Below, one piece after another: positions 9,662 through 19,109 of a stretch of DNA of 30,612 nt. The notes below the pieces were generated by a model. It worked only from the letters and a program-made list of their open reading frames with translations. It did not search any database and was not told the origin of the DNA. Numbering within the stretch: position 1 is the stretch's first letter; each line of letters begins with the position of its first letter. This stretch comes from a virus (taxonomy: Duplodnaviria; Heunggongvirae; Uroviricota; Caudoviricetes). Location: the IMG/VR virus record IMGVR_UViG_2859827302_000008. One strand, given 5' to 3'. The translations under genes were made by a program, and so were the position numbers.

Positions 9662-10696
9662 TTAAGTAGCTAGTTTATAACTATCAAATTTAACAATGTT
9701 CTCACTTACCAATTTATTTATTTCCATCATTCTTTTTTGTAACGGTATTAACTCGTTACGTACAAACACCAGGCTCGCCTTCTCCACATCCCCAAACCCC
9801 CCGACATTATTAGGCATAATCCCCATCATTTGCGGTGGCACACGATGCGCCGCCATCATGTCATCCCGGCTCACGTTCTTGATGTTCAGAAACTCATCCT
9901 TCGCCGCGACTTCTGACAACGGGATGATCTGAAGCCCGTCCTTTTTGCCGTTAGGCGAGTACATAAACAGATTGCGGAAGTTACCTGGTCCTTTGGCGCT
10001 TTTCATCGCATTGCGGAGGTTGTTCACATCCTCCTGGTTTTGCGCGGCATCGGTCATGTACATGATGAAGCCTGCATGACTGCCGTTAATGTAATACTAT
10101 CGGCGGAACAGCGTGGCGGACTCGTTGAGCAGGGCTGACGGAATGGCAGAAAGGTAACCTGGCAGGCCGTAGATCTCTTGGTTGATGTCCGGTTCCATCA
10201 GATGAAAGATGCTTCCTTTCGTGAACTGATACGGCTGCGTGGTCATGCCGTATTGCACAAACCAGTAGGTATCCAGGTCTAATCCGCGTCGGGTGTATTT
10301 TGCCAGAGCAGGCTCAAGAGCGATGACCTCTCCGAACCGGTTTGTGCGTTTCTCCAGGTAAGCGTTACCAAATACCAGATAATCCTGCACAAAACGTGAA
10401 AAAGCCTGCTGGCTGAGCAGCGGGTGAGGGATGTAGGTACTGATCAGAATGTTGCATTTCACCGCAATTGGTGAACTGTGATGCACGGCGGCGCGGAAGG
10501 TGCGCGCCAGTCCGTCAAAACTCACTGGCGGCTCATACCAGCGATCTGTCTGTACGCATTCCACATAGTCCAGTAGTTCACGGCGGTCCAGAACCGGAAC
10601 GGGATCGCCGAAGCTGAATGCTTCGGCTGAAGTCTGGTTTTTATGCTGGGTCTGTTTCGTCGCCGCAGCGCGGTTCTTCTTACTCTTTCCCATCAA
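9662..10696 (-). pseudogene. Q: P2-type portal protein gene Q with one in-frame amber codon (TAG at 10097..10099)
   Basis: Two minus-strand ORFs (10097..10696 and 9662..10063) share one frame and are separated only by the TAG plus 11 sense codons. Combined length (~344 codons) fits a P2-type portal. Confidence 0.85.
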
Positions 10697-12459
10697 AAAA
10701 TCTCCACAATATTGCTGGTATTGGCGGACTCGCCCTGCAGCGGTTCGTTAAACAGTGCGTGCATTGTTGCCCAGGCCAGATCGGCATGGCTGGCTTCTTC
10801 GCTGCGGCTGGCTTCATAGGTCGGGCGGTTGCCGCTGGCGGTGGTGGCGCGACGGATTGCCATGAATGACTGCGCAATGTCGGTGTGCCCGGCGTCAAAC
10901 TCAAGACGGCGGTGGCTGATAATGTCGTAGGCCTTGAGTACCAGGGCGTTTTTAACGTTGGGGTTGTAGACAAACTCCCGGACGGCAGGAAAAAACGCTT
11001 TCACGTTCTCGTAAACCCCGTGACCAACGCCGGTTGAGTCGATGCCGATATAGGTCACGTTGTACTGTTCAGTCAGTTTTTTGATGGCGTAAGCCTGGGC
11101 GCGAAAGTCCATTCCGCGCCACTGGTGACGCTCAAGAATGCGGAACTTACCGCCTGGCACGGCTGGCGGTGCCACCACCACGCATCCGGCGCTGTCGCCG
11201 TTCTGCGTACCTTTTGCCGGGTCATAACCGATCCACACTTCGCGCCAGCCAAACGGGCGCAGGGCCAGTGCATGAAAGTCGGTCCAGACTTCCCAGCTGT
11301 CCACCATGCACGCCTGCAATTCGCTGAGCGGGAACACGGACGCGAGATCGTCCACGAACTCGCACATCAGCAGGTTCTGGTATTCGTCAGGGCTGTACTC
11401 CATGCGCAACTGGTCAAGGTCGAACAGGTTACAGGCGCCGCGCACCGCATCTTCCACGGTGACTATCTGGCGGTATTGCCCGTCTGCGCACAGCAGGCCG
11501 GGGGCCAGATTGCTGTGGGACAGGTCGATGTCCACCTTGTCAGCTTTGTTGCGCCCACGGTTGAACAGCGCACCGGACCAGAACGGATAAGCACTGTGGG
11601 TCAGACTGGATGGTGTGGAAAAATAGGTCTGCCGCCATTTCTTGTGAATAGCCATACCAGAAGCCACTTTGCGTAGCTCCTGAAATTTCGGTATCCAGAA
11701 ATATTCATCCAGATACAGGTTACCGTGATAACTCTGGGCAGTGCGGGCATTGGTGCCGAGGAAATACAGTGTGGCCCCGTTGGGAAGCACCATCGGATCG
11801 CCTTTCAGCTCCACCTCCACTTCTTTGGCAAAGTCGATGATGTACTGTTTGAAGACGTGGGCCTGTGCCTTACTGGCAGAAAGGAAAATCTGGTTACGTC
11901 CGGTAAGCAGGGCGTCAATCAGGGCTTCACGGGCAAAATAGAAGGTCGCGCCGATCTGGCGTGACTTCAGCAGGTTGCGGATGCGGTTGGTTTTTCCGGC
12001 TTCCCACCAGTGGCGCTGGTAGTTGAACATGGAGGAATGGAAATTTTTTTCCAGCTTCTCAATCTGGTCATCGGTGAAAACATTCTTTTCAGGCTGACGG
12101 CGTGGGCCTTTGTTGCGGTTGGCGACGTTAGGGTTTAAGTCGGCTTCGTTGCCGCCATTGTTAAACTTGCCGATCCGCGCGTGGCGCTCAGACTGGCGCG
12201 CCAGCAGGTCAATATCTTTGAAATCTTTCCCTTCTTTGTGCTCCTTCATGATGAGCTGGCAGTAGCGTGCGGCGGTGGTGAGCTGCATCTGATCCAGAGG
12301 CCCATAGTCACCCCACTTGTCGCGTTTTTTTCAGCTGTAAACGGTTGCAACTTTCTCGCCCAGCATTTCAGCAATGCGGGCTACGCGGTATCCCTGAAAG
12401 TACAGCAGCATGGCCTGCCGACGGGGATCGAGATCTGCGGGTGTCAGTGTGGTGTTCAT
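10693..12459 (-). pseudogene. P: P2-type terminase large (ATPase) subunit gene P with in-frame opal codon (TGA at 12331..12333)
   Basis: ATG at 12459 opens MNTTLTPADLDPRRQAMLLYFQGYRVARIAEMLGEKVATVYS, then TGA, then the same frame continues into the 531-aa ORF 10693..12288. Confidence 0.85.
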
Positions 12460-12505
12460 GGCACAAACCTACAGCCTTGAATGAAGGCTTTCCCCGCCTG
12501 CGGTT

Positions 12506-12523
12506 TGTGTGGTTGTCGGTACA
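12506..12523. promoter_or_regulatory. Ogr/Delta-type late-promoter dyad TGT-N12-ACA between divergent P and O
   Basis: TGTgtggttgtcggtACA in the P-O intergenic region. P2 late promoters are known to carry a TGT-N12-ACA activator site (recalled). Confidence 0.4.
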
Positions 12524-12601
12524 AATACCGCGCATTGTTTCACTGCCCCTATCACCGCAACCATAAGGCTCCAGTAAGTTTTTTCTAACGGAGCACGGCT
12601 C

Positions 12602-13435
12602 ATGACAGTGAAAGCAAAGCGTTTTCGCATCGGGGTGGAAGGTGCCACCACCGACGGACGCGAAATCCAGCGTGAATGGCTGGAACAGATGGCAGCCAGC
12701 TATAACCCGGCGGTGTATACCGCGCTGATTAACCTTGAGCACATCAAGTCTTATCTGCCGGACAGCACCTTTAACCGCTACGGCAAGGTGACGGCGCTGT
12801 TTGCTGAAGAAATCACGGAAGGTCCGCTGGCAGGCAAGATGGCGCTGTATGCTGACGTTGAGCCAACGGAGTCCCTGGTGGAACTGGTGAAAAAAGGCCA
12901 GAAATTATTCACCTCTATGGAAGTCAGCCCGAAGTTCGCTGATACGGGCAAAGCCTACCTGGTCGGCCTGGCTGCCACTGATGACCCTGCCAGTCTGGGC
13001 ACTGAAATGCTGACATTCAGCGCCAGTGCAGCCCATAACCCGCTGGCAAACCGCAAGCAGAATCCCGCCAATCTCTTTACCGCCGCAGAGGAAACGGTGA
13101 TCGAACTGGAAGAAGTCCAGGACGACAAACCGTCCCTGTTTGCCCGCGTCACGGCGCTGTTTACCAAAAAAGAGCAGTCCGATGACGCCCGGTTCTCTGA
13201 TGTGCATAAGGCCGTGGAGCTGGTCGCCACTGAGCAGCAGAACCTGAGCGCACGCACCGAAAAATCCCTGTCTGAGCAGGAAGAACGCCTGTCTGAGCTG
13301 GAGACTGCCCTGCAGGCACAGCAAACCGCCTTTAACGAACTGGTGGACAAGCTGAGTCATGAAGACAGCCGCCAGGACTACCGCCAGCGTGCAACAGGCG
13401 GTAACGCCCCCGCTGACACTCTGACCAATTGCTGA
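12602..13435 (+). CDS. O: Capsid scaffolding protein (gpO-like)
   Basis: 277-aa ORF, first rightward late gene, acidic coiled-coil-rich translation; position and size match P2 gpO. Confidence 0.85.
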   Translation: MTVKAKRFRIGVEGATTDGREIQREWLEQMAASYNPAVYTALINLEHIKSYLPDSTFNRYGKVTALFAEEITEGPLAGKMALYADVEPTESLVELVKKGQKLFTSMEVSPKFADTGKAYLVGLAATDDPASLGTEMLTFSASAAHNPLANRKQNPANLFTAAEETVIELEEVQDDKPSLFARVTALFTKKEQSDDARFSDVHKAVELVATEQQNLSARTEKSLSEQEERLSELETALQAQQTAFNELVDKLSHEDSRQDYRQRATGGNAPADTLTNC

Positions 13436-13451
13436 TGGAGCACAAAACCTG

Positions 13452-14510
13452 ATGAAGAAGAATACCCGCTTTGCTTTTAACGCTTACCTGCAGCAACTGG
13501 CGCGTCTGAACGGTGTGGCAGTTGAAGAACTGTCCAGCAAGTTCACCGTAGAGCCGTCCGTGCAGCAGACGCTGGAAGACCAGATCCAGCAGTCCGCCGC
13601 TTTCCTGACTCTGATTAACGTCACGCCAGTGACTGAGCAGTCCGGTCAGCTGCTGGGGTTGGGAGTTGGCAGCACCATTGCCGGAACCACTGATACCACT
13701 GCGAAAGAGCGTGAACCTGTCGATCCGACGCTGATGGTCGATGTGGAATATAAATGCGAGCAGACCAACTTTGACACGGTGCTGACCTACGCGAAGCTGG
13801 ACCTGTGGGCGAAGTTTCAGGATTTTCAGGTGCGTATCCGTGACGCCATCGTGAAACGTCAGGCACTGGACCGCATCATGATCGGCTTTAATGGCGTGAA
13901 GCGTGCGAAAACCTCCAACCGTAGCGAAAACCCGCTGCTGCAGGATGTGAATAAAGGCTGGCTGCAGAAAATCCGTGAGGATGCACCGGATCACGTCATG
14001 GGCAGCACCACCACGGGCGGTGAAACCACACCGGGCGCAGTGAAAGTCGGGAAAGGTGGCGAATATGCCAACCTGGACGCCGTGGTGATGGATGCCGTCA
14101 ATGAGCTTATCGACGTGGTCTACCAGGACGATGACGATCTGGTGGTGATTTGCGGTCGTGAACTGCTGTCTGACAAGTATTTCCCGCTGGTCAACAAAGA
14201 GCAGGAAAACAGTGAAAAACTGGCTGCCGATATGATCATCAGTCAGAAACGCATGGGTGGCCTGCAGGCCGTGCGTGCGCCGTTCTTCCCGCCGAATGCG
14301 CTGCTGATCACCCGTCTGGATAACCTGTCCATCTACTGGCAGGAAGACACCCGCCGCCGTTCAGTTATCGACAACCCGAAACGTGACCGGATTGAAAACT
14401 TTGAATCCGTTAACGAAGCCTATGTGGTTGAGGACTACCGCTGCGCCGCACTGGTGGAAAACATCCAGATTAGTGATTTCAGCGCCGCCGCAGCCGAAAC
14501 CGGAGCGTAA
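13452..14510 (+). CDS. N: Major capsid protein (gpN-like)
   Basis: 352-aa ORF immediately after O; size and synteny match P2 gpN. Confidence 0.9.
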   Translation: MKKNTRFAFNAYLQQLARLNGVAVEELSSKFTVEPSVQQTLEDQIQQSAAFLTLINVTPVTEQSGQLLGLGVGSTIAGTTDTTAKEREPVDPTLMVDVEYKCEQTNFDTVLTYAKLDLWAKFQDFQVRIRDAIVKRQALDRIMIGFNGVKRAKTSNRSENPLLQDVNKGWLQKIREDAPDHVMGSTTTGGETTPGAVKVGKGGEYANLDAVVMDAVNELIDVVYQDDDDLVVICGRELLSDKYFPLVNKEQENSEKLAADMIISQKRMGGLQAVRAPFFPPNALLITRLDNLSIYWQEDTRRRSVIDNPKRDRIENFESVNEAYVVEDYRCAALVENIQISDFSAAAAETGA

Positions 14511-14513
14511 TCC

Positions 14514-15164
14514 ATGAGCCTGAGTCCCGCACGGCAGCATCGCCTGCGCGTTCAGGCTGAACAGGTCGCCCGTGAGGGTGGCAGTGTTCGCCACGCATCG
14601 GGCTATGACCTGATGCTGCTGCAACTGGCGGAAGACCGCCGCCGTCTCAAGGGCGTTCAGTCCACGGTCAAAAAAGCGGAAATCAAAGTGGAGCTGCTGC
14701 CGAAGTACGCCGCCTGGGCGGAGGGTGTCCTGGCTGCCGGAGGCGCTCAACAGGATGACGTGCTGATGTACGTGATGTTGTGGCGCATTGATGCCGGAGA
14801 TTATGCCGGGGCGCTGGAGATCTGGCGTCATGCCCTGCGTCATGGATGGGTGATGCCGCTGGGCAACCGCAACGTGCAGACCGTGCTGACAGAGGAAATG
14901 GCAGATGCAGCGCAGAGCGCAATGCTTGCCGCCACCGGCTTTGATGCCGATCTGTTGCTGCAGACGCTGGAGCTGACAGACGGTCTGGATATGCCGGACC
15001 AGTCACGGGCACGTCTGCATAAAGCGATTGGCGCGGTCCTGAGTGAAAGCAATCCGGCTTCCGCCCTTAATCATCTCAACCATGCGTTACAGCTCGATCC
15101 CCGCTGTGGCGTGAAAAAAGACAAACAGCAGCTGGAGCGCAGACTGCGCAATGACAGCCGCTGA
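14514..15164 (+). CDS. M: Terminase small (endonuclease) subunit (gpM-like)
   Basis: 216-aa ORF after N; synteny and similarity to P2 gpM. Confidence 0.8.
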   Translation: MSLSPARQHRLRVQAEQVAREGGSVRHASGYDLMLLQLAEDRRRLKGVQSTVKKAEIKVELLPKYAAWAEGVLAAGGAQQDDVLMYVMLWRIDAGDYAGALEIWRHALRHGWVMPLGNRNVQTVLTEEMADAAQSAMLAATGFDADLLLQTLELTDGLDMPDQSRARLHKAIGAVLSESNPASALNHLNHALQLDPRCGVKKDKQQLERRLRNDSR

Positions 15165-15259
15165 CAGAACGTGCCCCCGCGCACGGGCGGCACGGGGTGG
15201 CGAAAGGCACAGCCACATCAAAACCCCGTCCACCGCCCTTTATTTCAGGAGAAAGCAGC

Positions 15260-15706
15260 ATGAAGTTTGTTGCGCCAGAACAGGCACCGGAACAGGCGGA
15301 AATCATTAGAAATACGCCGTTCTGGCCTGATGTGGACCTGTCGGAGTTTCGCAGTGTCATGCGCACTGACGGCACGGTGACGCAGCCGCGTTTAAAGTAG
15401 GTTGCACTGTCGGCAATTTCGGAGGTTAACGCAGAGCTGTATGAGTTTCGCAGACGCCAGCAGATGCTGGGGTATGCGTCGGAACAGCTGGACGGGAAAA
15501 GTGAGCGCATTCAGCACTATTTCAACGCGGTTTACTGCTGGGCTCGCGCCATGCTCAACGAACGTTTCCAGGACTATGACGCCACGGCATCCGGTGCGAA
15601 GCGGGGCGAAGAACTGGCGGAAGCAAGCGGTGATTTGTGGCGTGACGCCCGCTGGGCCATCAGCCGGGTGCAGGACGCGCCGCACTGCACAGTGGAGCTT
15701 ATCTGA
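15260..15706 (+). pseudogene. L: Head completion protein gene L with in-frame amber codon (TAG at 15398..15400)
   Basis: ATG 15260 with AGGAG ribosome-binding site. Translation …NTPFWPDVDLSEFRSVMRTDGTVTQPRLK-stop-VALSAISEVNAELYEF… continues in the same frame to 15706 and resembles P2 gpL on both sides of the stop. Confidence 0.8.
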
Positions 15707-15909
15707 TGAAAGTGCGTGCGCATCAGTATGACACGGTGGACGCGCTTTGCTGGCGTCATTACGGGCGCACGCAGGGTGTCACGGAGCAGGTACTGAAGGC
15801 AAATCCGGGGCTTGCCGAATACGGCCCCTTTGTACCTCACGGGCTGCAGGTGGAGCTGCCGGACATTCCGACCACCACCACCGTGCAGACCGTCCAGCTA
15901 TGGGACTGA
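15706..15909 (+). CDS. X: Tail protein X (gpX-like)
   Basis: 67-aa ORF whose start overlaps the L stop (ATGA); size and position match P2 gpX. Confidence 0.75.
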   Translation: MKVRAHQYDTVDALCWRHYGRTQGVTEQVLKANPGLAEYGPFVPHGLQVELPDIPTTTTVQTVQLWD

Positions 15910-15912
15910 ATT

Positions 15913-16128
15913 ATGACGCTTGAGCGAATCAGCGCCTTTATCACGTATTGCATCGCCGTCGTGCTGGCCTGGCTGGGCGATTTGTCCATCAAGGATGCCT
16001 CAACGCTGGGCGGCCTGATGATTGGTGTGCTGATGCTGGCTATCAACTGGTACTACAAACACAAAGCCTACCAGCTTCTGCGCGACGGGCAGATCTCGCG
16101 GGAGGACTATGAATCCATCAATCGTTAA
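15913..16128 (+). CDS. Y: Holin, small two-TMD type (pinholin-like)
   Basis: 71-aa ORF with two hydrophobic segments and a charged C-terminus, immediately upstream of the endolysin. Confidence 0.65.
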   Translation: MTLERISAFITYCIAVVLAWLGDLSIKDASTLGGLMIGVLMLAINWYYKHKAYQLLRDGQISREDYESINR

Positions 16129-16621
16129 ACGCTGCCTTGTCGGGGCCGTGCTGGCTATTGCTGCCACGCTGCCGGGTTTTCAGCAGCTTCACACCTCCGT
16201 GGAGGGACTGAAACTGATTGCCGATTACGAAGGTTGTCGTCTGCAGCCGTATCAGTGCAGCGCGGGTGTCTGGACCGACGGTATTGGTAATACGTCGGGC
16301 GTCATTCCTGGCAAAACCATTACGGAGCGACAGGCAGCAGAAGGGCTGATCTCCAACGTGCTGCGTGTGGAGCGGGCGCTGGAAAGGTGTGTGAAGCAAC
16401 AGCCGCCGCAGAAGGTGTATGACGCTGCGGTGTCGTTTGCCTTCAACGTGGGTACGGGCAATGCCTGCAGTTCCACGCTGGTGAAATTGCTCAATCAGCG
16501 GCGCTGGGCGGATGCGTGCCGACAGTTGCCGCGCTGGGTTTATGTGAAAGGTGTTTTTAATCAGGGGCTGGATAACCGCCGTGCGCGGGAGATGGCCTGG
16601 TGTTTACAGGGAGCAAACTGA
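16109..16621 (+). CDS. K: Endolysin, T4-lysozyme-like muramidase with N-terminal signal-anchor-release (SAR)-like segment
   Basis: Translation has the E…D…T catalytic arrangement (…DYEGCRLQPYQCSAGVWTDGIGNT…), closely resembling the P1 Lyz-type SAR endolysin as recalled. N-terminal weakly hydrophobic stretch CLVGAVLAIAATLPGF. Confidence 0.85.
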   Translation: MNPSIVKRCLVGAVLAIAATLPGFQQLHTSVEGLKLIADYEGCRLQPYQCSAGVWTDGIGNTSGVIPGKTITERQAAEGLISNVLRVERALERCVKQQPPQKVYDAAVSFAFNVGTGNACSSTLVKLLNQRRWADACRQLPRWVYVKGVFNQGLDNRRAREMAWCLQGAN

Positions 16622-16622
16622 A

Positions 16623-17000
16623 ATGAAAAAGAAATTAATCAGCGGGCTGTTTCTGATGTTATGGATGGCGCTGTTAATCGCAGCAATAGTGTATCCGCAG
16701 GGGATTTTTCCGGTACTGGCAGCGTCCGGCGTTTGGGTAGCCTGTTTACTGACATGGGCGGTAATTCCGGTAGCACTGGCTTCGTTAATTAAGAATGGCC
16801 CGCTCTGGCAGGAGTTGAGGGCATCTTTACTGAAGACAATTACCCGAAAAGAAAACGTATTTATCAGCTGGGTGATACGATTGCTGATTGTCGTCAGTCT
16901 CGCCTGGACGGGGTGGGCCATTACCCTGGTCTTTTATCTGCTGACCGTTATTGCCTTCTGGATCACCCGTAATCAGATGGCGCAACAGGTAGCCGCATGA
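16623..17000 (+). CDS. lysA: LysA-like lysis-timing membrane protein
   Basis: 125-aa ORF from ATG 16623 with about four hydrophobic helices, in the lysis cassette. Confidence 0.6.
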   Translation: MKKKLISGLFLMLWMALLIAAIVYPQGIFPVLAASGVWVACLLTWAVIPVALASLIKNGPLWQELRASLLKTITRKENVFISWVIRLLIVVSLAWTGWAITLVFYLLTVIAFWITRNQMAQQVAA

Positions 17001-17425
17001 ACCGGTTGCTGCTGGTTGTGCTGGCGTTATTATTGGCGGCGCTGGGCTGGCAGACGTGGCGGCTGGCTGATGCCAGCCAGACCATCAGCACGCAGGCAGA
17101 CGAGCTGCAGAGCAAAAGCCAGGCACTGGCAAAGAGCAACAGCCAGCTTATCAGCCTGTCCATTCTGACTGAAACCAATAACCGGGAGCAGGCGCGGCTC
17201 TATGCCGAAGCAGAACAGACCAGTGTACTGCTGAGACAACGACAACGCCGGATTGAGGAACTGAAACGTGAGAACGAGGATTTACGTCGCTGGGCTGATA
17301 CTCCTTTGCCTGCTGACATTATCCGGCTGCGGGAACGTCCGGCACTCACCGGAGGTGCAGCTTACCGTCAGTGGTTGTCCGCGAGTGACGCCGTGTCGGC
17401 TGGAGCAGGCAGCGCCGCGCACTAA
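16997..17425 (+). CDS. lysB: LysB, Rz-like inner-membrane spanin
   Basis: 142-aa ORF with N-terminal TMD and coiled-coil-rich periplasmic part. Confidence 0.7.
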   Translation: MNRLLLVVLALLLAALGWQTWRLADASQTISTQADELQSKSQALAKSNSQLISLSILTETNNREQARLYAEAEQTSVLLRQRQRRIEELKRENEDLRRWADTPLPADIIRLRERPALTGGAAYRQWLSASDAVSAGAGSAAH

Positions 17426-17558
17426 CGGTGATCTGAATGCGTTGCTGGATGAAACGGAGGCCGCCTGGGCGGTCTGTGCAGACAAAGTGGACATGATTAT
17501 TGCGTGTCAGGAGCGAAATAGTGAACAAACCACAATCCCTGCGCCACGCCCTCAATAA
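17268..17558 (+). CDS. lysC: LysC, Rz1-like outer-membrane lipoprotein spanin (overlapping lysB in another frame)
   Basis: Signal peptide with lipobox LTLSGC, proline-rich mature part, overlapping the 3' end of lysB. Confidence 0.6.
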   Translation: MRTRIYVAGLILLCLLTLSGCGNVRHSPEVQLTVSGCPRVTPCRLEQAAPRTNGDLNALLDETEAAWAVCADKVDMIIACQERNSEQTTIPAPRPQ

Positions 17559-17952
17559 AGCAGTGCCTTATGTCCGTAATAACCCGGACAAACTGCATCT
17601 GTTTGTGGATAACGGTTCGCTGGTTGCCTCCGGGGCTAGCTCCATGTCATGGGAGTACCGCTACACCCTGAACGTGGTGATTGAAGATTTCAGCGGCGAC
17701 CAGAATCTGCTGATGGCCCCGGTTTTGCTGTGGCTGCGGGATAACCAGCCCGATGCGATCAATAACCCGGCGTTACGGGAAAAGCTATTCACCTTTGAGG
17801 TGGATATTCTGCGCAACGATGTCTGTGATATCAGCCTTAACCTGCAACTGACGGAGCGTGTGCTGGTCAGCACTGACGGCAGTGTGTCGAACGTTGAAGC
17901 GGTAGCGGAACCTGATGAACCTGAAGAAATGTGGACGGTGAAACGTGGCTGA
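17500..17952 (+). CDS. R: Tail completion protein R
   Basis: 150-aa ORF; size, position and similarity match P2 gpR. Confidence 0.75.
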   Translation: MRVRSEIVNKPQSLRHALNKAVPYVRNNPDKLHLFVDNGSLVASGASSMSWEYRYTLNVVIEDFSGDQNLLMAPVLLWLRDNQPDAINNPALREKLFTFEVDILRNDVCDISLNLQLTERVLVSTDGSVSNVEAVAEPDEPEEMWTVKRG

Positions 17953-18346
17953 ATTGCAGAAGGTGGACGACTGGCTGAGTGCATTATTGGCGAATCTGGA
18001 GCCAGCCGCAAGAAGCCGCATGATGCGCCAGCTGGCGCAGGAACTGCGCCGGACACAGCAGCAGAACATCAGGATGCAGCGCAATCCAGATGGCAGCAGT
18101 TATGAGCCGCGCAGGGTAACAGCACGCAGCAAAAAGGGGCGCATCAAACGTCAGATGTTTACAAAGCTGCGCACCACAAAATACCTGAAAACTGCAGCCA
18201 GCGCCGATTCTGCCAGCGTACAGTTTGAAGGTAGGGTGCAGCGCATTGCCCGTATTCACCATTACGGCTTGAGTGATCGCGTCAGTCGAAAAGGTATTTA
18301 TACCATCTATGCGAAAAGGCAGTTATTAGGTTTTAATGTCCGGTAA
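17945..18346 (+). pseudogene. S: Tail completion protein gene S, 3' end replaced by the IS1 terminus
   Basis: GTG-initiated ORF. The last codons and the stop (TAA 18344..18346) lie at the junction with and inside the IS1 inverted repeat that starts at 18342. Confidence 0.7.
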
Positions 18347-18396
18347 TGCTGCCAACTTACTGATTTAGTGTATGATGGTGATTTTAAGGTGCTTGC

Positions 18397-18672
18397 GTGG
18401 CTTCCATTTCCATCAGATGTCCTTCCTGCTCCGCTATTGAAGGCGTGGTGCGTAACGGCAAAAGCACTGCCGGACATCAGCGCTATCTCTGCTCTCATTG
18501 CCGTAAAACATGGCAATTACAGTTCACTTACACCGCCTCTCAGCCCGGTACGCACCAGAAAATCATTGATATGGCCATGAATGGCGTCGGATGTCGCGCC
18601 AGTGCACGCATTATGGGCGTTGGCCTCAACACGGTTTTACGTCACTTAAAAAACTCAGGCCGCAGTCGGTAA
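18397..18672 (+). CDS. insA: IS1 InsA
   Basis: 91-aa [26 protein letters not shown]… with zinc-finger and HTH regions, characteristic of IS1 InsA. Confidence 0.9.
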   Translation: MASISIRCPSCSAIEGVVRNGKSTAGHQRYLCSHCRKTWQLQFTYTASQPGTHQKIIDMAMNGVGCRASARIMGVGLNTVLRHLKNSGRSR

Positions 18673-19094
18673 CCTCGCGCATACAACCGGGCAGTGATGT
18701 GATTGTCTGCGCTGAAATGGACGAACAGTGGGGCTACGTCGGTGCTAAATCACGTCAGCGCTGGCTGTTTTACGCGTATGACAGGATACGGAGGACGGTT
18801 GTGGCGCACGTCTTCGGTGAACGCACTCTGGCCACACTGGAGCGTCTTCTGAGCCTGCTGTCGGCCTTTGAGGTCGTGGTATGGATGACGGATGGCTGGC
18901 CGCTGTATGAATCACGCCTGAAGGGAAAGCTGCACGTTATCAGCAAGCGTTACACTCAGCGCATTGAGCGACATAATCTGAATCTGAGACAACATCTGGC
19001 AAGGCTGGGACGGAAGTCACTGTCGTTCTCAAAATCGGTGGAGCTGCATGACAAGGTCATCGGGCATTATCTGAACATAAAACACTATCAGTAA
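18591..19094 (+). CDS. insB: IS1 InsB reading frame (expressed as InsAB' transposase by -1 frameshift)
   Basis: 167-aa ORF overlapping insA in the -1 frame, ending 15 bp before the right inverted repeat. Confidence 0.85.
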   Translation: MSRQCTHYGRWPQHGFTSLKKLRPQSVTSRIQPGSDVIVCAEMDEQWGYVGAKSRQRWLFYAYDRIRRTVVAHVFGERTLATLERLLSLLSAFEVVVWMTDGWPLYESRLKGKLHVISKRYTQRIERHNLNLRQHLARLGRKSLSFSKSVELHDKVIGHYLNIKHYQ

Positions 19095-19109
19095 GTTGGC
19101 AGCATTACC

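Larger units (their letters stand above)
18342..19109 (+). mobile_element. IS1, complete (768 bp) with perfect 23-bp terminal inverted repeats
   Basis: GGTAATGCTGCCAACTTACTGAT at 18342 and its reverse complement ending at 19109; insA and insB inside. No direct repeat flanks it. Confidence 0.9.

Noticed and set aside
13332-13994. 220-aa minus-strand ORF overlapping O and N
   Set aside because: Antisense to two syntenic, well-supported capsid genes; no start context; treated as a shadow ORF. The same applies to 12905..13360 and 12955..13350.
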